Shown here piece by piece: positions 30,258 to 40,995 of a stretch of 64,000 nucleotides of DNA. Positions within the stretch are counted from its first letter, which is position 1, and every line of letters begins with the position of its first letter. A model generated the notes under the pieces. That model saw only the letters and a list, made by a program, of their open reading frames with translations. It was not told where the DNA came from and searched no databases. The stretch is from Clostridia bacterium (lineage in GTDB: Bacteria; Bacillota; Clostridia; UBA1212; DUPL01). The stretch spans positions 1 to 64,000 of the forward strand of contig JBMNIW010000001.1 in the NCBI GenBank assembly GCA_050951325.1, given 5' to 3'. The position numbers and the translations under genes were made by a program.

Positions 30258-32899
30258 TGTTGTTTTCTCATCCAATCAACAAATATTTTTGCTATTGCGG
30301 GATCGAACTGAAGTCCCGCATTTTCTTCTATTTCTTTCAATGCCTCTTCTTTTGAGACAGGCTGTTTATAAGGTCTTCCGCAGGTCAGCACATCGTATGC
30401 GACAAGTACTGAAAATATTCTGGAGGCTTTGGGTATTTCTTCGCCTTTAAGTCCCTGGGGATAGCCTAGCCCGTCCCATCTTTCGTGGTGTGTAAGAATG
30501 TATGGCGCAATCGACTGCAGCTCGTGGGTTGCCATGGCAATTCTGTATCCAATCATGGGATGTTTTTTCATCTCTTCAAATTCTTCATTGGTCAGGGTTG
30601 TTGCCTTTTTTACTATTGCATCATTAATACCCACCTTGCCAATATCATGCAATGATGATAAAAGCACAAGCTCATTCACTTCCTTTTCAGAAAGATCCAT
30701 AGCCATACCCATTTCTCTTGACAAATCAGCAAGCCTTCTGCAGTGCTCTTCTGTTTCTATACCCCTTGCATTCATGGTTTCCCTCATGGATGCAATAACT
30801 GCACTGTGAGAGCTGTGGCGCTCCAAAAGTTTTCTTTTATACATGTACTCGTCAGCCTGCTTTATGCAATCGTTTAGATTATCTTCCCTGGTATACTTGG
30901 TCGAATAACCCAGCGACACAGTAAAATTGTACAGCCTCATGTTCTCACTACTGAATTTCTTTATTTCCCTCTGCATATTCTTCATTATCCTGTGTGCTTC
31001 AGATTCATCCGTTTTGGGAAGAAGGATGTTGAATTCATCTCCTCCAACCCTCGCTATGACATCTCCTTCTCTCAGACAGCTTTTCAGTATGTTTGCTGTA
31101 CGTTTAATTAGCTCGTCTCCTACAGCATGTCCAAATGCATCATTAATAAATTTTAGACCGTCTATATCCCCAACTATGACAGAAATCGGATGCATGTCCG
31201 ATTCCATCAATCTCTTCTTTTCCCTATCCAAATAGATACGGTTGTACACTCCTGTCAACGCATCATGATAGCTGAGATACTCAATTTCCTTTTCTCTTGC
31301 TTTTTGATCAGATATATCTATTATCAATCCCTCAATGGCAACTACATTGCCTTCATCGTCATAAACTCCCTGTCCCTGTTCCAGCACCCATTTTTCACTA
31401 CCATCCGCTGTTACAATTATGTACTCCTCGCGGAACACTTCCCTGTTGGCAAGTACAATTTCATACCGCTGCCTGATTCTCTCCCGGAAGGGTTTAGCAA
31501 TAATATCGTTCAAAGTGACATCTCTGTTGTTAATAAAACTTTCAGCCTTGTATCCTGTGAGCTTGTAACACCCTTCCGATACATATAGCACGGTCCAGTT
31601 TTCATCATGTCTGCATCTATATACCATCCCCATTATGTTCGTCAAAAGGAATTCGGTGCTTCTTTGGCTTTCAGTAAGCTCGTGTTCCATTTTCCTCTTT
31701 TCTGTAATATCAATAATCGCAACAACGTATCCAACAATCCTGTTATCTTCAATTTTAGGATAACGGTAAAGTTCCACTTCCAATGTCTCATCTTTGCCGC
31801 TAAAGCGGCATATATTTGGCTGGTTGTTTTCATAAAATTGAATATCCTTGCCTGTTATCTCCTTTATATTCCTACCCAAGATTTCAGTAAAACAGTCATA
31901 TCCCAGCATGTTCAAACAGCGCTTGTTGCAATAAGTTATGTTGCCTTCCAAATCAAGGCCCAGGATGCATTCAACAACAGTGTCCAGAATAAGCCTCAGT
32001 TCCGCATCGCCTTTTCTCAACCTGTCCAATATATTAGAGTTTGTTGTAATCAGACTGTCTATTGTATATATAAGTTCCAGAAACTCCTCATCATCACAGT
32101 ATGTCTCTTCATAAGTTTCACCTTTATCCGAATATGAAATCCCCCTTATCTTGTCTGTCAGTGCCAATATCGGTTTATTAATGTACCTGTTTACATACCA
32201 AAGAAGCACAACACTTAATGGCACAACCAATACAACAAACACTGAAAGAGCAATTATTGCAACTTGCAGCTCCCTGCCATTATCCATATCGATTTTAAGA
32301 GCGGCCGCCTCAGAAAGCTCCAGTATATATTTTTCACTATCATTTTCTGCAGATGGTATTACTGTCGTTTTTCCATCAATTATCCTGTCAAGTTCATTTA
32401 AGAATAATTTGTCCATCTCTCTTGCCAGTAATATGTAATCAAATTGGTTATCCTCGTAACTTGCCTTTGCAAGAATAAATGGTTTGCCTCTTATGAATTT
32501 TATGTCGGTATCCTTTTCGGATCGCATGAAACTCTTAACGTTTTCATCATTGCCCAAATCTTCAACACTAGTATCAAAATATCGCTCATACACATTTGTG
32601 CTCGATACAAAACAGACACAGTCCGCTCCACTTTCTTCAATAACCTCAATAATATTATCATCACCACCCGAAACATGTCCATAGGCATTTCCATTTGTGG
32701 AAAGAACAACCGCATTATGGTATAAGTGTTGCATTGCTCTCTCCATAAAATCCCTTGCATTGCCAATGGCGCTGTTTTGCTTCTGGCGCTGTTGGTTCAC
32801 TGCGTGCATCGATAACAATATTATTAATATCAGTACTGCTGACAACATCAACAAAATCGGAATAAAGACCGCCCGTACAATCTTCTTCGTAATTTTCAT
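30254..32899 (-). CDS. Membrane-bound PAS-PAS-GGDEF-HD-GYP c-di-GMP signalling protein
   Basis: Two TM helices, PAS/PAC segments, REGD..VGGDEF, LHDIGK, HHERWDG.GYP. Confidence 0.9.
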   Translation of the reverse strand: MKITKKIVRAVFIPILLMLSAVLILIILLSMHAVNQQRQKQNSAIGNARDFMERAMQHLYHNAVVLSTNGNAYGHVSGGDDNIIEVIEESGADCVCFVSSTNVYERYFDTSVEDLGNDENVKSFMRSEKDTDIKFIRGKPFILAKASYEDNQFDYILLAREMDKLFLNELDRIIDGKTTVIPSAENDSEKYILELSEAAALKIDMDNGRELQVAIIALSVFVVLVVPLSVVLLWYVNRYINKPILALTDKIRGISYSDKGETYEETYCDDEEFLELIYTIDSLITTNSNILDRLRKGDAELRLILDTVVECILGLDLEGNITYCNKRCLNMLGYDCFTEILGRNIKEITGKDIQFYENNQPNICRFSGKDETLEVELYRYPKIEDNRIVGYVVAIIDITEKRKMEHELTESQRSTEFLLTNIMGMVYRCRHDENWTVLYVSEGCYKLTGYKAESFINNRDVTLNDIIAKPFRERIRQRYEIVLANREVFREEYIIVTADGSEKWVLEQGQGVYDDEGNVVAIEGLIIDISDQKAREKEIEYLSYHDALTGVYNRIYLDREKKRLMESDMHPISVIVGDIDGLKFINDAFGHAVGDELIKRTANILKSCLREGDVIARVGGDEFNILLPKTDESEAHRIMKNMQREIKKFSSENMRLYNFTVSLGYSTKYTREDNLNDCIKQADEYMYKRKLLERHSSHSAVIASMRETMNARGIETEEHCRRLADLSREMGMAMDLSEKEVNELVLLSSLHDIGKVGINDAIVKKATTLTNEEFEEMKKHPMIGYRIAMATHELQSIAPYILTHHERWDGLGYPQGLKGEEIPKASRIFSVLVAYDVLTCGRPYKQPVSKEEALKEIEENAGLQFDPAIAKIFVDWMRKQH

Positions 32900-33032
32900 C
32901 TTGATTCCTTCGTTTTTTTAATGATATTATTATAGACTATATCACATTCTTAATAGCATGGCAACACTTTAGTAATAGAATTATCAGAAACTATAAGAAG
33001 CTCGTATATAACTTATATTCATGTACGGCAAT

Positions 33033-33068
33033 AAAAACATGCGCACTGGCAAGTACCAATGCGCATGC
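33033..33068 (-). terminator. Intrinsic terminator after the small ORF
   Basis: CATGCGCA(C)TGG...CCA(A)TGCGCATG stem with an A run on the + strand. Confidence 0.7.
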
Positions 33069-33073
33069 GTCTG

Positions 33074-33250
33074 CTAACCCTTGAATTTGTGTCTGTTCTT
33101 CTGAACAAACCTGTTTAGTTCATAAAAGGAGGTGAAGTCATGCTCAACTATTTTCTCCTGCATCTCTTTCGGAAGCGAATGAAAAAGTTGATAGCTTGAC
33201 GTATCCTGAGCAAGCAGCTCGTCAATTCCTGAAAACATGCCAAAAAACAT
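33074..33250 (-). CDS. Unannotated 58-aa protein MFFGMFSGIDELLAQDTSSYQLFHSLPKEMQEKIVEHDFTSFYELNRFVQKNRHKFKG
   Basis: Translated by hand; GGGGTG SD upstream and terminator immediately downstream; just below the ORF track length cutoff. Confidence 0.65.
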   Translation of the reverse strand: MFFGMFSGIDELLAQDTSSYQLFHSLPKEMQEKIVEHDFTSFYELNRFVQKNRHKFKG

Positions 33251-33309
33251 TTAGAACACCCCGTAATATATTATTCTCAATAACAGCTATTTGATACCAC
33301 AAAAACATT

Positions 33310-33930
33310 TCAAATAATCCCATTAATTATTTCTGCGTAATCATCCGGCGGTATCAGGCAAGCATAAAGGTAATTCTCAAAAACTTCCTTTACAAAATTT
33401 TGTCTAAAAAAACACCAGGAGTAATAGTAGGCCAAACAGCCAGTCTCATCATCAAAAACAAAAGAGCCGAACCTGCAAGTAGAGTTGAACTCTGCCAGCA
33501 TTATTTTCAACGCATCTTCATTCCCATCTTTTATTTCATATGGCAACACTGTATTTATTGTTACCGTCTGTGAAATAGGCTCGATAATTACAAAAACATT
33601 TACAACAACATTTGAAAGCCCAAAGCAAACCACAAGAATCATATCATCATCAATAGACCTGTACGTCCAGTTTTTCTCATCCATGTACTGCTTCAACTTT
33701 TCATAATAACCTCTTGACTCTTCAGTTCTTCTTCTGTCCGACTCATTCTGTTCCTCTATTATCTCCTCCAGCGTTTTTCCACTCACGGCAGTAAATAACT
33801 CTGCCAGTTCCTCATCATCCTTTATTTCATCTATATAATCTTCCAATACATTTACGTTTTCATTAATCTGTTTTAGTATGAATCTTAACTGCCTTTCCAA
33901 TTCCTCGTCCGTCATTCTCTCACTTCTCAT
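33310..33930 (-). CDS. YbjN-like domain protein with acidic N-terminal extension
   Basis: C-terminal half has the N...RFG.F.FD...G...Y pattern of YbjN/chaperone-like folds. Confidence 0.55.
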   Translation of the reverse strand: MRSERMTDEELERQLRFILKQINENVNVLEDYIDEIKDDEELAELFTAVSGKTLEEIIEEQNESDRRRTEESRGYYEKLKQYMDEKNWTYRSIDDDMILVVCFGLSNVVVNVFVIIEPISQTVTINTVLPYEIKDGNEDALKIMLAEFNSTCRFGSFVFDDETGCLAYYYSWCFFRQNFVKEVFENYLYACLIPPDDYAEIINGII

Positions 33931-34104
33931 ACCTTATTCTACTATACTCATAATATATACAAAAAGAAGCCTTTTCGTGAAAAGGCCCTCAAGCTACCCC
34001 GATTCTTTGAATAGAATTGGCGAAATATATAATGTACGGGTAATTAATATACAAAAGATAAAACACTCAAAACCATTTCCATTTTAACCCAAATTGCCCA
34101 TTAG

Positions 34105-34139
34105 CAAAACCGAAGGATTTCAAATTTCCTTCGGTTTTG
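34105..34139. terminator. Hairpin overlapping the CYTH gene stop
   Basis: CAAAACCGAAGGA...TCCTTCGGTTTTG 13-bp inverted repeat. Confidence 0.5.
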
Positions 34140-34698
34140 TCATATCATAATTCTTATCTCTCATGCTCTTTAATGCTTCAAAGAATCGAGAAGCTTTTCC
34201 TTTCCCCCTCTTATTCAATGGAAGGTCAAGCATTTCAATCATCTTCTTGACATCATCAATTCTTTTCATTAAGAACTCAATCTCAATTTCATAATCCTCA
34301 TGCCCCAGATAACTGCTAATGTCAAATTCAACCCTTATACCGTCGTCAATGACATATCTTGTCCTCCTTGTGTGAAGTACACCCTTAAGATCGTACCTCT
34401 TCCCCTCTACAGTTATGGAGCCGTAAACCATATCAACACTTCTCTCTTCTTCGTAACACAGGGAATATCTCTTGTCGGTCTTTAAATGCTTTTTTACCTG
34501 CAACTTCAAAGCACCGTCCTTGTGCCGTATTCTAATAGTAATTCCGCTTTTTCGCAACTCAAAGTTGTCGTTATCATAATAGTAATTTGCCTGCTCTATT
34601 ACATTAACAGAGATTTTCTTGTACTTCCGTTTCAGAGTTTCCTGCGCTTTGTTGAAAAACTCCTTGTCTACTAAAAATTTGTACTCCAACTCTTTCAT
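34120..34698 (-). CDS. CYTH domain protein
   Basis: ELEYK (ExExK), Q.NYYYD, RIR, EIEIE, K..RF motifs. Confidence 0.85.
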   Translation of the reverse strand: MKELEYKFLVDKEFFNKAQETLKRKYKKISVNVIEQANYYYDNDNFELRKSGITIRIRHKDGALKLQVKKHLKTDKRYSLCYEEERSVDMVYGSITVEGKRYDLKGVLHTRRTRYVIDDGIRVEFDISSYLGHEDYEIEIEFLMKRIDDVKKMIEMLDLPLNKRGKGKASRFFEALKSMRDKNYDMTKPKEI

Positions 34699-35123
34699 TC
34701 TTCAGACTTCTCTACCTTTCGCATTACATTGCAAATTTTAAAACAGACAGACATCTCATCCAATCCAGTAATACAAACTTTGACAGAATCTGCCAACAAA
34801 AGAACTCTGGAAAACAGTTCAATGGTTCGGTCGTAACTTGACAGGTAAAGTGATGGGGTTTTCCATTCCACATTCACATCAAGTCCGTCCTTGCCAAACT
34901 GGTATTGAATAATATCATTATCATTGTCTGAAATAATTTGAATAAAAGAAATTATAGTCTTAAATTTGTTGTACTGGACTTTGTTCACTTCAAGCATATC
35001 CGGTTTGTCATAAACCTTCTTCTCCTGACTCTCTCCCCCACAGGGCTTACTGTAATGTTCTGATAACGCAACTAATAGCTCTTCTATCTCTTTTGCCAAA
35101 CCAGCGTATTTCATATTGTCCAT
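34695..35123 (-). CDS. Hypothetical protein
   Basis: Open frame overlapping the CYTH start by 4 nt; start uncertain. Confidence 0.5.
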   Translation of the reverse strand: MDNMKYAGLAKEIEELLVALSEHYSKPCGGESQEKKVYDKPDMLEVNKVQYNKFKTIISFIQIISDNDNDIIQYQFGKDGLDVNVEWKTPSLYLSSYDRTIELFSRVLLLADSVKVCITGLDEMSVCFKICNVMRKVEKSEE

Positions 35124-35482
35124 ATCCTTATCCAAGACTACGCATACTGTCAGCTACAGACGTGTAGCATAACCTCCTTCCATTGATTAGTAAAATGATT
35201 TTACTATACATTCGTAAAATTGTCCATTAAGGATATAAAAAGAAATTTTATCCAACCGGGCAGCTATGCATAACAGCCAATTTTGCTTTCTTTGGATAGA
35301 GCCTCTGTAATTCGTTTAGGAAGAGCTATACTGATAGAGAAAAATACTTTACACTAATTGACAAGACACAACCTACGTTTCTCTAAAAAAGGTGATTTAT
35401 AGCTCAGAATCCTTTTCCTTTTTTTACGAACCAATCGTCCCAACTTGACATAGTGGCATCTGGGCAGCATGCCCCGCAAACC

Positions 35483-35515
35483 AAAAAAAGACTGGCATGA
35501 CGCCAGCCTTTTTTA
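35483..35515. terminator. Bidirectional intrinsic terminator
   Basis: A run-CTGGC...GCCAG-T run. Confidence 0.65.
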
Positions 35516-35526
35516 TGCATCACAAA

Positions 35527-36732
35527 TTATTTAACTTTTCTTCTCTTTACCAGAACTGCTGCAAGAGCTGCAAATCCGTATGCTATGATACCAACATCGC
35601 CTGTTGTTGGGTTTTCAGCATCAAGTGGAATCAGATAGTCATTAACACCTTCTGTTTCAACAAACATTACAGTTCCTGCCATTACCAGTGGACCATTATA
35701 GTCTGGATTTTTTGTTCCATTAAAACCATACTCAATAAGCCCTTCTGGTGCATCTATGCTGGAACAAGCAACAACATAGTAGAATACTGTTGGGTCTGGA
35801 TCCTGGTCTGGTTCCAGTTCAACATAGAATATATACTGTCCTGGATTCATTGGCTCGAACGCTGCTTGCAAATGAGTGTCTTGAGAAAGCGACAAATCCT
35901 CTCTTGCAACAGGCTCGCCTGCCAAAGTCTGTTCAACAGATGTATCAAACTTGTACAGCGCCCAGTGACCCTTTGCATTGTTCTTGCTTGCATACAGGTA
36001 GAAGTTAATTCCATAGAATGGAGCAGCTGCATTGAATCTAATCCAGTAGTGACCTGGTTTCGAAGGATCGGAAACAGTATTTAGCCAAATACCGATATTA
36101 AGGTCAGTTCCTGAAAAAGGTACTTCTACAGGGAAATCCCTGTCTCCTTCGTTGGAGCCGAGGTTTTGTCCGTCTGGTGTGGCAGCAAATGCATTCATGT
36201 CATCAACAGTCTTGAAGAATCCAATACCAGCAACGGTTATCATGGTATTTTCTACAGGACTCTCACCGTATGGGTCGAACCTGATAAAACCAACATCCCC
36301 TGCGTTAGCAGCACCCAGGTCAACATAAATCCACTGCCAATCGGTCCCTTCAGCCCATGTGAATATAATGGATTTTCCACCTACGGCACCTTGACCCTTT
36401 ACATTATAGAAAATTTCGCCTTCCAAACCGCCTCCAGCATACTCTTTCTTGACCTTCATGGCAAGAATCTTGTATGTAGAGGTATCAATATTCTCGACAA
36501 AATCAATACCAATATTAGGGTCGCCCTTGCCCAATATCTTGAGTTTCAACACGTCACCGGATACCAATGACTTCATATTGTTTCCACTCGCAGCCACAGA
36601 GCCGTTAATAACCTGATTATCTTTGAAAATCATGGACTTTGAATGTGGTGGATCAGCAGCCTGTGTCCTAAGCGGAACCAATGCCAATACCATGCACAAA
36701 GCAATTACCAACACAGTACATTTTTTTAACAT
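35527..36732 (-). CDS. Secreted beta-rich protein with NPxTG sortase-type signal
   Basis: Signal peptide (TQA/A); C-terminal NPTTGD plus hydrophobic helix plus KRRKVK. Confidence 0.7.
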   Translation of the reverse strand: MLKKCTVLVIALCMVLALVPLRTQAADPPHSKSMIFKDNQVINGSVAASGNNMKSLVSGDVLKLKILGKGDPNIGIDFVENIDTSTYKILAMKVKKEYAGGGLEGEIFYNVKGQGAVGGKSIIFTWAEGTDWQWIYVDLGAANAGDVGFIRFDPYGESPVENTMITVAGIGFFKTVDDMNAFAATPDGQNLGSNEGDRDFPVEVPFSGTDLNIGIWLNTVSDPSKPGHYWIRFNAAAPFYGINFYLYASKNNAKGHWALYKFDTSVEQTLAGEPVAREDLSLSQDTHLQAAFEPMNPGQYIFYVELEPDQDPDPTVFYYVVACSSIDAPEGLIEYGFNGTKNPDYNGPLVMAGTVMFVETEGVNDYLIPLDAENPTTGDVGIIAYGFAALAAVLVKRRKVK

Positions 36733-37209
36733 TTGTTTTCCTCCTTTTAATTTTTCGATAAACTATGTAAATATATATTACTATATATTGCAAAGCATGT
36801 CTATATTTAATTTATATTATTTATAATCAAAACCTATTCACTTCATAATTATTACCAACCTGTTATGACTATTTCTCATCTCCAATACATTATTTATTTT
36901 CATACTTATATTATACACATCTTTAAAAATTAGTCACATATGTAAATATTATCAAAAATAAAAATATCTGCTTGGTATATTACGGTGGTTTTTATTAACT
37001 TTTTCCGACAAACACCCTCGAATAACCAAATACCACAATCCTCACAAGAATATTGTGTTATATTCACGGACTAATGTTGTTGATAATTTTTTCACATTAC
37101 AATATAATTTAAGTATTATTCCACTACAGTTCCACACCTGTATAAAAACCCACAGTCCTGAATATGCTTTTTAATCAAAGGCATAATATACATAAAAGGA
37201 GGAATATAA

Positions 37210-37815
37210 ATGAGTCGTGTATTGTATATCAAGGCAAACGCAAAGAAGGAAGGCGAATCGAGAACCTTCAGAATTGCAGACAGTTTTATCGAAGCATACA
37301 AGAGCTTTCATCCAAACGATGAAATCATCACCCTGGATCTGTACAAGGAAGGAATAGATTTTTTGCGTGAAGACGACCTTAACGCAGTCCTTGCCCACAA
37401 AGAGACAGAAGACCGGGAACACCCAATCCTGAAGTACGCATATCAGTTCAGGGACGCTGATAAATATGTAATAGCCGAACCTTTGTGGAATCTTTCAATT
37501 CCAGCCATTTTGAAGGCATATCTTGACTATGTTACGGTAAGCGGCATAACATTCAGATATACCGAGTATGGCGCAGAAGGTTTGTGCAAAGGAAAGAAAG
37601 CCATAAATATTACAACAAGAGGCGGCAACTATACAGAAAAAGGTGCTGCCGAGTATGAAATGGGTGACAGGTATCTCAGGACACTATTTGGGTTCCTTGG
37701 AATAGTAGATTTCAAGACCCTGTCCGTGGATGAACTCGACGTTGTAGGAACGGATGTAGAGGCAAGCATTAAAGAAGCAATCAAGGAAGCAATAAGACTG
37801 GCTGAGACATTTTAA
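37210..37815 (+). CDS. azoR: FMN-dependent NADH-azoreductase
   Basis: P.WN.SIPA.LKAY.D, G.TF.YT..G..GL, TRGG.Y, YL..LFGFLG. Confidence 0.9.
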   Translation: MSRVLYIKANAKKEGESRTFRIADSFIEAYKSFHPNDEIITLDLYKEGIDFLREDDLNAVLAHKETEDREHPILKYAYQFRDADKYVIAEPLWNLSIPAILKAYLDYVTVSGITFRYTEYGAEGLCKGKKAINITTRGGNYTEKGAAEYEMGDRYLRTLFGFLGIVDFKTLSVDELDVVGTDVEASIKEAIKEAIRLAETF

Positions 37816-37823
37816 CTTGTACC

Positions 37824-37852
37824 AAACTGCCTGCCGCCTGGGCGGGCAGTTT
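37824..37852 (+). terminator. Intrinsic terminator
   Basis: AAACTGCCTGCC...GGCGGGCAGTTT. Confidence 0.65.
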
Positions 37853-37889
37853 ACACAATAAATAGAATTTAGCAAGGAGTAGTAGTAAC

Positions 37890-39128
37890 ATGAAAAAACT
37901 GATAATACTTGTAGTAACCTTTTCATTATTTGCCGCATCCTGCAGCAATACAAGTGTTACCGAAAAAAAGAGAACCGAAAGGGTGCCCAACCCTACACCG
38001 GACGTCATAAAACCTGACAACAAATATGTAGACGTGCCAGCGTATGACAAGTTTGGGCAATGGCCTTACAAAGATGGGGAGGAATACTATTCCTCCAAGG
38101 TAGGCACCTGGTTTACAGTATGGTGGACTGACGAAAGCAAACCGACCCATGATCACTGGTTTGCTGAAGGCTGGACCCGTTTAAAGCCCGTTGATTACGG
38201 ATATTATTCAAGTGGCGATGAGGATTATCTAACAAGCGTCCTTTCACGACTTAAATACATAGGTGTTGACTATCTGATGATTGACGACACAAACGGCCAC
38301 TGGAACGATTTCGGCCTTATCGCCAAGAACATTGAGCAAGTCTTCAAAGTTGCCAACGAACTTGGTGAAAACAGTCCACAGATTGCAATAGCAACAGGAG
38401 GACCCTTGAGAGACGGCAATACGAAAATCCAGGAAAAGGAACTCGATGCGTATTGGAAACTGCATAATGATCACCCCGGCACCTTCTTCCAGTACAAAGG
38501 AAAACCCTTCCTTATCATGTACATTGCCGGCGAAGTCAACAAACGTCATTCAGATGACAGGTTTACCATAAGACACGGCACGGGATTCATCTCCTGGCAG
38601 AAGAAAGCTCAAGACCAGTCAATATTCCAAACAGAAGGCAACTGGGGATGGGTCTTTGACATACAGAATGAGGGCAGCGAGGTTATTGGCGTTCAGCCTG
38701 GCTACAACAAGGCTCATCAGGGAATAGAGATTCAAACCATTTACAGGGAGAACGGAAAACACTATATACAATCCTGGCTGAATGCAATAAAACAGAACCC
38801 GGAAATGATAATAATCCCAAGCTACAATGACCACGCAGAGGAAACAGGTTGGGAGGCCACGGTTCCCATCAGGCCGCCAAGCAATGAAAATTGCGACCAA
38901 GGAACCGAAGGTGAAGACCCTTACCTGTATGAGAAAATTACCGAGGCGTATCTTGCACTCAGATACGGATTTATCGATGGTTTCATGTACAGGGAGGAAA
39001 ACAGCAAAGAAACATACCTGTTCAAGAACAACAAGCTCGCCAAAGTTGAGCCAAAAGAAACCGATTTGGTTATAATTATACCGGACGGCTATTTTGAATG
39101 GGAAAGCAACAAAAACACAAAGAAGTAG
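37890..39128 (+). CDS. Lipoprotein, GH99/GH71-like glycoside hydrolase
   Basis: Lipobox FAASC; VGTWFTVWW, GYYSS.D, GVDY..D.TN, GKP, QPGYN, SYNDHAEE. Confidence 0.6.
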   Translation: MKKLIILVVTFSLFAASCSNTSVTEKKRTERVPNPTPDVIKPDNKYVDVPAYDKFGQWPYKDGEEYYSSKVGTWFTVWWTDESKPTHDHWFAEGWTRLKPVDYGYYSSGDEDYLTSVLSRLKYIGVDYLMIDDTNGHWNDFGLIAKNIEQVFKVANELGENSPQIAIATGGPLRDGNTKIQEKELDAYWKLHNDHPGTFFQYKGKPFLIMYIAGEVNKRHSDDRFTIRHGTGFISWQKKAQDQSIFQTEGNWGWVFDIQNEGSEVIGVQPGYNKAHQGIEIQTIYRENGKHYIQSWLNAIKQNPEMIIIPSYNDHAEETGWEATVPIRPPSNENCDQGTEGEDPYLYEKITEAYLALRYGFIDGFMYREENSKETYLFKNNKLAKVEPKETDLVIIIPDGYFEWESNKNTKK

Positions 39129-39134
39129 CAAAAT

Positions 39135-39168
39135 GCCCTGCAGGACCAAACCTTGCAGGGCTTATTTT
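39135..39168. terminator. Hairpin between convergent genes
   Basis: GCCCTGCA...TGCAGGGC. Confidence 0.55.
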
Positions 39169-40993
39169 ACGGATTCACAAGCGGGATGTTTGCACCCTCG
39201 CTTAATCTTAGAACTCCCAGCTCTTTACAATCCTTGTAAAACTCCTTCTCAAGTCTGTCATACTCGAAAACATCCGCAAACTCTCCCCTTCTTGAAGTTA
39301 GTTTATAGAATCTGTAAGAGAGTTCCGATCTTCTTACACGTTCCAAAACCCTCTCATTCTCAGCTTCCTCTTTTGCCTTTTCCCAAAGAGAATCAAGATG
39401 TGCAAGCTCTTCGTTGTTTATCAACGACCTATACAAGGAAGCAGCATCAACCACCAGGTTGAAATGAACACTTGGGGCTGATACCTTTTCATGCAGGAAC
39501 TCAACATACTCTTTCACATACGGACTTGCCTTTCCGTAATACGTCTCAAGAAACTCGTTAATATGAATTTCCACATCCGTATATGGATCCCACAATAATT
39601 TAGCCAGAATATATGACCTAAGCTCGCCAAATTCTCCATTCAATCCCTCCTGATAGTTGCCCTGCTCAAACACTCCCTTAACATTGTTCTCAAAGAAGAA
39701 CTGCATGTTTGGCTGCAGGGTGTCAAGGTTCGGAAATGGACAGAGGTATTGGGCAAAGTTTGTAGTATAGTCCCATATGTATATCCTGTTTGAGATTTTT
39801 GCCCACCTTTCAATACAACCCTTTATTCCTGAATTGTTAGGGCAATTGCCAATGGGATGAGCCGAGCACCCTCCCGTGCACACCCGTACAATAACATTGT
39901 CCAAAGGCTTTGTCACCCTGGGCGGCTCTATGGAATATTGGTATGCCAGAGTATCCACATAAACATCAGGAAACTCATCTTTTATAGCCTCTGCAATTTT
40001 GTTTACAAACCTTATCAATGTACCAGACTTGGAACGCTCCTCCCTATCCACCTTTTTGCATTCGCTGCAGGTACAATACGATTCAATCACAAAACTGTCA
40101 TTCTGGGAAACAGATACAATCTTTGCTTCAGGATTCTCCCTGAGCCACTCCTTTACTTTGTCTATACAAATCTTGAGGACATCGGGATTGGTAAGACAAA
40201 GCTGACTGTATAGATGCTTAGCGGTCCTTTCACCGTTTATCTCAGAGAAGTACTCTGGATGCTCGTCAAAGTATACTGATGCTGGCACCAGATGCTCGAA
40301 TGTATGTACAAAGTGAGGACCTGCATAAAAGATACCGCTCCCCAAATTCTTGGGTATGGTTCTTCCATTCTCTCCGCTCTTAAGACAGCCGTTCAGTCTG
40401 AGCTTCGTACTAAATACAGGATCATATGTATTTGTCCAGAACAAATCCCTGTACTCAAAGACAGGCTTGTCGGACTTTGGTTCATGAAGCTGCAGCTCCA
40501 AGGTCTTGTTTGAAGGCACTTTTTCCACACCTTCAGCAAAGAACCTGCAACCTAAAGACTCCAAAAAGTCATATACACCGTAAATGGTTCCTCTGTCCCC
40601 ACCGCCAGCTATGACAAGCTTCTTGTTGCTCCAAAGGATGGTAAAACCCTCTTCTCCCAGAGAGTCCCGATCCACTTCATAATCCTTTTCCCTGTTGGTC
40701 TTGCCAACAACAATCTCCAATTCAGTTTCCTTTTTATTATCCTTAATAATCGGAATATTAAACCCCGTAATTTTCTTAATATACTTCTGTAATTCCTCCG
40801 CTGCATACTGCTCTGCCTTGCTTGCCTTTGCTCCAACAACTATTTTGTAATTGCTTTTTCCTTCATAAACAAGATATACGATTCCTTCAGGAGCATCAGG
40901 AATGTCATAGGTTTTTGTGCAGCCTGAAAGAGTACACATTAGCATTACAAAAGAACTTAGAGCAAATGCAAACGCTTTTCCTGAAAATCTCAT
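39167..40993 (-). CDS. DUF4838 lipoprotein with GH20/GH67-type N-terminal domain
   Basis: Lipobox LSGC; AAEELQ.YI..ITG, GT.YGVYDFLE.LGCR, HPEYF, QLCLTNP, SQND..C.C..C, LAY, WDY, LLWDP. Confidence 0.78.
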   Translation of the reverse strand: MRFSGKAFAFALSSFVMLMCTLSGCTKTYDIPDAPEGIVYLVYEGKSNYKIVVGAKASKAEQYAAEELQKYIKKITGFNIPIIKDNKKETELEIVVGKTNREKDYEVDRDSLGEEGFTILWSNKKLVIAGGGDRGTIYGVYDFLESLGCRFFAEGVEKVPSNKTLELQLHEPKSDKPVFEYRDLFWTNTYDPVFSTKLRLNGCLKSGENGRTIPKNLGSGIFYAGPHFVHTFEHLVPASVYFDEHPEYFSEINGERTAKHLYSQLCLTNPDVLKICIDKVKEWLRENPEAKIVSVSQNDSFVIESYCTCSECKKVDREERSKSGTLIRFVNKIAEAIKDEFPDVYVDTLAYQYSIEPPRVTKPLDNVIVRVCTGGCSAHPIGNCPNNSGIKGCIERWAKISNRIYIWDYTTNFAQYLCPFPNLDTLQPNMQFFFENNVKGVFEQGNYQEGLNGEFGELRSYILAKLLWDPYTDVEIHINEFLETYYGKASPYVKEYVEFLHEKVSAPSVHFNLVVDAASLYRSLINNEELAHLDSLWEKAKEEAENERVLERVRRSELSYRFYKLTSRRGEFADVFEYDRLEKEFYKDCKELGVLRLSEGANIPLVNP

Positions 40994-40995
40994 AT

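Noticed and set aside
33960-34030. Possible small RNA or riboswitch (two hairpins) upstream of the YbjN-like gene
   Set aside because: No recognisable aptamer; GCCTTTTC/GAAAAGGC with a U tract is adequately explained as a terminator.
35140-35180. GGAGG followed by a six-codon uORF (MLHVCS) upstream of 34695..35123
   Set aside because: The SD-ATG spacing is only 2 nt and nothing else supports a leader peptide.
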